From Bdellovibrionales bacterium RIFOXYD12_FULL_39_22 (GTDB lineage Bacteria; Bdellovibrionota; Bacteriovoracia; Bacteriovoracales; Bacteriovoracaceae): a stretch of 33,532 nucleotides of DNA. Positions 28,718-33,532 of the stretch are shown one piece after another; the first letter of the stretch is position 1, and each line of letters begins with the position of its first letter. The notes beneath the pieces are model-generated. The model ran no database searches. It was given only the letters and a program-made list of their open reading frames with translations, and was not told where the DNA came from. Position numbers and translations under genes: made by a program. The stretch covers positions 1-33,532 of the forward strand of contig MEQL01000033.1 of the NCBI GenBank assembly GCA_001770205.1, written 5' to 3'.

Positions 28718-31563
28718 GCAGTAAAAGAGTTGTCTTGAACTTGGCGGGAGATTTATCAGAAGAATTATCTTCTCTAGTGAAGGTCAGCGAATTATCTATT
28801 GTTTCGTCCGCGGAAGAATTGAGAGATAGCAATTTAGCATATATTTTTATTAAAAGTCATATGGGCTCATTTGCGCGCTACAATGATTTATATGGAACAT
28901 TGGCAAAAAATATCCCCATTATCGCGTTAAGTGATGTGGAAAACAAGATGGATTTTTTAGGATACAACGGAAAGGGAATTATTAATGAATCCTTTTTGAA
29001 GACCAAGTCTGCTGCAAAAATTGTTGAAAGGATGTTGTCAAAAAAGTCATCGCTAAAAATTGAAAATGCCTATGAAGACATTTTTAAAGAATTTAAAACA
29101 ATCAAAATAGATTCACATGAAAGTATTGGTTTTTATGCTGACTTATTATCTAGAGAATCGGATGGAAAAGGATTTGACTCTCTGGCAATTAGAAATTATT
29201 TCGTCAGCGTTGTATCTTATTTGGCAAATCTGAAGAGATTCAAATTAGTAGATCTTCCATACGATGTTGAGTATGGGGAAAACCAGAATGAATTTTTGGT
29301 TCAGATTTTTGCCAAAGCAACAAATTTTGTCTCTGATCATGTGAATAACTCTTTTGATAGCGGCAACTCCAGTGAGATGCATAAATTTCTGCTCAAAATG
29401 TGCTCAGCAATGGCAAATGTTTTTGATATTTATTTTTTAAAGAGTTCCTCTAAAATTGTTCTAACAGCTGTTTGGCTAGACCGAAGAGTTGTAAATAAGT
29501 CTAACTATTACCCGATGCTATTGGTTAATAATATTGATTCATTTGGACAAATTAGAAAAGAGTGGGATGAGGTAAAAACAACACCACAGGTTGCCATAGA
29601 TGCGGTTAAAGAAAAAATTAAAGAGAAGATGTCTGCTGGGGAAGTATCCACAGGGCGTCTTGACTTAGCAATAAGCAGTGCACTGTGGATTGCTAAATTT
29701 CCAATGCTTTTAAAAAAAATCGTTAAATATATACAAGATTGCAGGAGCAAAGAAGTTTACAGTAAGGATATAAATGCAATTACAGAAAAAGATATTGCGG
29801 GATATTTAGTAGATTATCCACAGGAAAAAGTTGTCAAAAAATTAACTAGTGGAGATTATGAATTAATTTTACGCGCATTGGTTAATCCGGAAATCATAAC
29901 GAGCATTGAGGAATCTTTGGCCCAAACTGAAGAAAAAATTGCAGAGGATCAAATTGTTAGGGGGCAATACTTTGATAGTGTCTCAAAGACTTTTGAACAA
30001 ATTGACATTGATGGGGTCAATGAATTATTGCAAAGCGGTAAAGTTATTGTAAAAGGACAAAGAGAGGTATTAAAAGATGAAATAATTCGTATTCATGGTG
30101 ATCCAAAAGATGGACGTATTGATGAATCCATTATCCGTGTTCATGGAGGAAGGGAAACAGTTAGTGATCTCGCCGATGGTGCTGGTGATGATATTGATGT
30201 CGAAGATATTATCTATTTAACTGATCACGGGTATGAGATTAACGAGAAGATTTGGAATGAAAAGCGAGGACTACTTGTGGCCGAAGTGGAGGCGCAAGCA
30301 AGGGCAGCTAAAGACCGAGGTGCAACGGTAGAAGAAATTAGAAGCGATATGCTAGAAATTTTTTCAAAAATACTTGATGTTGATAACGATACTGCCGCAA
30401 TATTGATTGATGGTGTCTTCGAAAATGCCAAAGGTCTGTTTGCTAACGAGAAAATGTTTGCAGAATTACAGCAAATCGCTAACACCTATAGCGCAGAAAT
30501 TAACGAACTTCGTTTGCGAGAAGAATTGGCAAAAAAAAGTGTGCAAATTAGTAATTTATCGAAAGTCGTTGATGCACTAAAAATTGAAAATAACTCTCTT
30601 AAGCAATCAAATGCGGCACTAGGGGCCGGTGCCAATGATGGTGATAAAAATTTGCTGGAGGAGTTGGAACTGGCCAATAAAAAAATTCAAGGCCGAGACT
30701 TGGTAATTGAGCGATTAAAGCAAAGCACTCATCAAAATGTTGCGGCACGAGAAGGAGAGATGGAGCAATTACGAGCGCAGTTGGATGAATTGCTAAAGGA
30801 TCGCTTGGAAAGAGGAAGTGCCTTGGATTTAAATGAGTATAAGCGAATTGTGGAAGAAAATAATACTTATCGCGGACTTATCGAAGTATCTAATAATCAA
30901 ATTGCACAATTAAACGAAAGCCTAGAAAAATTAAAAAAACAGACAACAGTTCCTGGTGAGGGGGACGTCTTTAAGGCAAAAGATAGCTATATGCTCGCTG
31001 TTCAGCAGCTGGACAACCAGAAAAAAGAAAATGAAAAACTTCGAGAGCGGCTAAAGCGATTAGAAGATAAGTTTCACTTTATAAAAAACAAAATGTCATC
31101 CGAAGGTATCGGATCTAGAGAGATTGTGATTGAACAAGCAGGAGTGGGGGACAGTGAAAAAAGTGCGTTGATTGCTCGCTTGGAAAGTGCTCAGAGTATG
31201 GCAAATCAACGCTTGAAAGAGCAAAGTTTAAAAATAAAAGAATTAAGCCAGAAAATTGTTTATCTCGAATCTGGCGCCGTTGTTGGAAACAATGCGGCAG
31301 CATCTGCCATTAATGCGCAAGAAGCAAAAGAGGCCGCCAATAAGTCTTCTGATTATAAAATAAAGCAATTGGAGATATTGAACGAAAAACTAGTGAGAGC
31401 AAGTGCAAAAACACAGGGCGATTTAATGGCCAGTAAAAAAGAGGTTATGGTTCTACGTTCTGAAAACGGAGCATATAAGAATAACTTGCAATCTTTAGAA
31501 AAGAAGCTCGAAAAATATAAAAACTTGATAGATGATTACGAGGCCAGGAATAAGCGGCATTAA
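28714..31563 (+). CDS. Large hypothetical protein with C-terminal coiled coils
   Basis: 949-aa ORF; heptad E/K/L-rich C-terminal third; ATGA overlap with the upstream gene. Confidence 0.8.
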   Translation: MSSKRVVLNLAGDLSEELSSLVKVSELSIVSSAEELRDSNLAYIFIKSHMGSFARYNDLYGTLAKNIPIIALSDVENKMDFLGYNGKGIINESFLKTKSAAKIVERMLSKKSSLKIENAYEDIFKEFKTIKIDSHESIGFYADLLSRESDGKGFDSLAIRNYFVSVVSYLANLKRFKLVDLPYDVEYGENQNEFLVQIFAKATNFVSDHVNNSFDSGNSSEMHKFLLKMCSAMANVFDIYFLKSSSKIVLTAVWLDRRVVNKSNYYPMLLVNNIDSFGQIRKEWDEVKTTPQVAIDAVKEKIKEKMSAGEVSTGRLDLAISSALWIAKFPMLLKKIVKYIQDCRSKEVYSKDINAITEKDIAGYLVDYPQEKVVKKLTSGDYELILRALVNPEIITSIEESLAQTEEKIAEDQIVRGQYFDSVSKTFEQIDIDGVNELLQSGKVIVKGQREVLKDEIIRIHGDPKDGRIDESIIRVHGGRETVSDLADGAGDDIDVEDIIYLTDHGYEINEKIWNEKRGLLVAEVEAQARAAKDRGATVEEIRSDMLEIFSKILDVDNDTAAILIDGVFENAKGLFANEKMFAELQQIANTYSAEINELRLREELAKKSVQISNLSKVVDALKIENNSLKQSNAALGAGANDGDKNLLEELELANKKIQGRDLVIERLKQSTHQNVAAREGEMEQLRAQLDELLKDRLERGSALDLNEYKRIVEENNTYRGLIEVSNNQIAQLNESLEKLKKQTTVPGEGDVFKAKDSYMLAVQQLDNQKKENEKLRERLKRLEDKFHFIKNKMSSEGIGSREIVIEQAGVGDSEKSALIARLESAQSMANQRLKEQSLKIKELSQKIVYLESGAVVGNNAAASAINAQEAKEAANKSSDYKIKQLEILNEKLVRASAKTQGDLMASKKEVMVLRSENGAYKNNLQSLEKKLEKYKNLIDDYEARNKRH

Positions 31564-31671
31564 CAACTCAAAAAATAAAATATTTCTTGTCAGCTTTATT
31601 ATAAATGAGTAAAAAAGAGCACAGTTCAATAGAAATAAGATCTGTAAACACGAGCACTATATTGTGATTAT

Positions 31672-31755
31672 GCCCAGGTGGTGAAATGGCAGACACACCA
31701 GACTTAGGATCTGGCGCCGTAAGGTGTGGAGGTTCAAGTCCTCTCCTGGGCACCA
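31672..31755 (+). tRNA. tRNA-Leu (anticodon TAG)
   Basis: Acceptor GCCCAGG/CCTGGGC, anticodon arm CCAGA-CTTAGGA-TCTGG, long variable arm, T-loop TTCAAGT, encoded CCA. Confidence 0.97.
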
Positions 31756-31763
31756 AATAAATT

Positions 31764-31790
31764 AAAGGGAACCGAAAGGTTCCCTTTTTT
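31764..31790. terminator. Intrinsic terminator after tRNA-Leu, probably bidirectional
   Basis: AAAGGGAACC-GAAA-GGTTCCCTTT followed by further T; lies between the convergent tRNA and integrase. Confidence 0.9.
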
Positions 31791-31804
31791 GTTTTTGGAA
31801 TCAG

Positions 31805-33007
31805 TTAGTTAGCTTGCCTGGATAAATGTAAGATTTCGCCCATTTTTGCTCTGTGGTTCAATAGTGGTTCAGTCTGCAAAAAATCCTCTCCCAAATTTGC
31901 CTCTAGTTTTGGCCGTGGTTCACTTTGTGGTTCAGAAAAATCAACCGCAAGCCCCATGTCCATAAATCTAGTGGCCGTCTGTAGATGTTCTGGTGAAAAG
32001 TGCGCATAGCGCATGGTTATCTCTATCTTGGTGTGGCCCAAAATCTTTTGCAGGTCAAAAAGATTTCCACCGTTCATCATAAACTGCGAAGCAAAGGTAT
32101 GCCGCAGATCATGAAAGCGAATTAACCGCTTTATCCCCGCACGCCTTTGGGCCAGTTTAAATGCCCTATAGACGTGTCCGTAGTCGACTTCCTCACCAGT
32201 TTCTTTCGCAAATACGTAAATCGGATTAAGCTGTCTTTTCATCAATCCCCACAGCAAGTTCTTTACCATCGGGACCATTGGAATAATGCGCTTCATTTTG
32301 GTTTTGGTGGTCTCCCGCAATCCAACCTTGTCACGCATCCTCGTCACCGTAATTTGGTTGAGGCCAAAATCTACCCGATCCCAGCAAAGGCCACAAAGCT
32401 CGGCCAATCGCATTCCTGTGTGTATGGCCGTAAAAAATAGCGCATAAAGCTCATGTTGACTGTTTGGCAGGAAAAATTGCTCAATCTCCTTTTTTGTCCA
32501 ATAAGCCTCGCAGGTCAAATCGGCGCGCTGCTTGGAGATATTTTCAAACGGATGCTTGAAAATATAGTGCTTCTTCACTGCGTAGTTCATGATACTCTTT
32601 AACACCCCAACGATGTTGTTGATGCCCTTAGGACGATGCCCAGAGTCTTGCAATTTTGTCACTAGCTTGCGTCCATGTTCTTCCCGGATATGCTGTACTA
32701 ATATTTCTCCCAGCATTGGAAGTAGATGCACTCGCAATGCAGTAGTGTAGTGCTCATAGGTTCTGGCCGCACAGTTGGATCTAATTTTTTCTTCCAGCCA
32801 CTTGTTAGCAAATTCAGCGAATGTAATTTTAACGTTGATGTACTCACTATCACCATTTACCGCGCATTTGCTTTTTTCCATCTCCATGCGAGACTTCCAC
32901 TCTTTGGCATCACTCTTTCTTAAAAATGCCGGGCCTTTAATAACGTTGCCGCTGATGCGGATCATTTCGCGATAGCGAGTTCCTGTTTTTCTCTTAATGA
33001 CTTCCAT
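31805..33007 (-). CDS. Tyrosine recombinase / phage integrase
   Basis: TGMRLAEL, TTKTK, FHDLRH, LGH, TMRYAH catalytic set; SAM-like core-binding region; ATG 33007 with AAGGAGA SD. Confidence 0.95.
   Translation of the reverse strand: MEVIKRKTGTRYREMIRISGNVIKGPAFLRKSDAKEWKSRMEMEKSKCAVNGDSEYINVKITFAEFANKWLEEKIRSNCAARTYEHYTTALRVHLLPMLGEILVQHIREEHGRKLVTKLQDSGHRPKGINNIVGVLKSIMNYAVKKHYIFKHPFENISKQRADLTCEAYWTKKEIEQFFLPNSQHELYALFFTAIHTGMRLAELCGLCWDRVDFGLNQITVTRMRDKVGLRETTKTKMKRIIPMVPMVKNLLWGLMKRQLNPIYVFAKETGEEVDYGHVYRAFKLAQRRAGIKRLIRFHDLRHTFASQFMMNGGNLFDLQKILGHTKIEITMRYAHFSPEHLQTATRFMDMGLAVDFSEPQSEPRPKLEANLGEDFLQTEPLLNHRAKMGEILHLSRQAN
31853..31934. repeat. Four direct GTGGTTCA repeats in two pairs (putative integrase arm-type sites)
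   Basis: Copies at 31853, 31864, 31915 and 31927. Confidence 0.75.
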
Positions 33008-33082
33008 AAATTCTCCTTTGATTAGGTGAATCGGAAGCATTTGTCGTCTGCCAATATTTAATTGTTAAAGAGCTGCAAGCCG

Positions 33083-33316
33083 CTAACATAGCACACCTCT
33101 GCTTGTTGTGCACGTCCGTTTGTTTATCCACTCCTCCAGATGATTGCGCCGGAAGCGAATAAGCCACCCAAGCTTGATGTAATCAATTTCCTTTCGGAAG
33201 ATTGCCATTCGCAGTCGCGATATTTTTATATTTAAATATGCGGCTGCTTCGCTGATTGTTAGAAGTCCTGTCAAATTTATCTCTGACCCGTGATTATTAC
33301 CTGTCTGTGTACCCAT
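33083..33316 (-). CDS. Excisionase-family helix-turn-helix protein
   Basis: LLTISEAAAYLNI...YIKLGWLIRFRRNHLEEWI; ATG 33316 with GAGGAGA SD; directly upstream of the integrase. Confidence 0.88.
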   Translation of the reverse strand: MGTQTGNNHGSEINLTGLLTISEAAAYLNIKISRLRMAIFRKEIDYIKLGWLIRFRRNHLEEWINKRTCTTSRGVLC

Positions 33317-33532
33317 AAACTTTCTCCTCACCCTTGTAATTTTCTTTTGCTCAATGCATTTTTTTCTCTCTCTTGGAGAGTCCATTTTTTTGTCATGAAT
33401 TTTAATTTTCTTATTTACTTAATTTTTTTCATAATCCTCCTTTGTTATACCAATTATGTAAAATAAAAGTGGGCCAAATGTACTAAGTTTGCTAAATTTT
33501 TCGGATGGAAAATTTAAAAGATTTAGTAAAAA

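Larger units (their letters stand above)
31756..33532. mobile_element. End of a tRNA-Leu-integrated element (prophage, ICE or island), truncated by the window edge
   Basis: Integrase and excisionase lie immediately 3' of the tRNA; the second att copy is not in the window. Confidence 0.75.

Noticed and set aside
31568..31756. 62-aa minus-strand ORF MVPRRGLEPP
   Set aside because: Classic antisense translation of a tRNA gene
1..33532. CRISPR arrays, IS elements, rRNA, defence systems or an alternative genetic code
   Set aside because: No repeat-spacer array, transposase or rRNA seen; conserved genes end at TAA, TAG and TGA at expected positions

Overview
An AT-rich bacterial core-genome window. 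The rpoA N-terminus and gene content suggest Bdellovibrionota/deltaproteobacteria-like affiliation, but this is inference only. Left, minus strand: an Rne/Rng ribonuclease, then a ribosomal operon in which S6 and S18 are fused into one ORF, followed by a DUF2232 membrane protein, rplI and dnaB. Divergent from it on the plus strand is a nucleoside-salvage cluster (pdp-punA-cdd) continuing into a DEDDh exonuclease and a Spo0M/arrestin-like gene. The middle holds the S10-spc-alpha ribosomal supercluster (rpsJ to rplQ, with secY, adk, infA, rpmJ, rpoA; no map). Right: a TlpA-like thioredoxin, a degenerate HD-GYP protein coupled to a 949-aa coiled-coil protein, tRNA-Leu(TAG), and the end of an integrative element (tyrosine integrase plus excisionase). 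Most notable: the S6-S18 fusion with an apparently intact S6:S18 autoregulatory leader; window-wide over-representation of GGCC/TGGCCA; four GTGGTTCA arm-type repeats inside the integrase 3' end; and an apparently inactivated GIY-YIG domain on the exonuclease.
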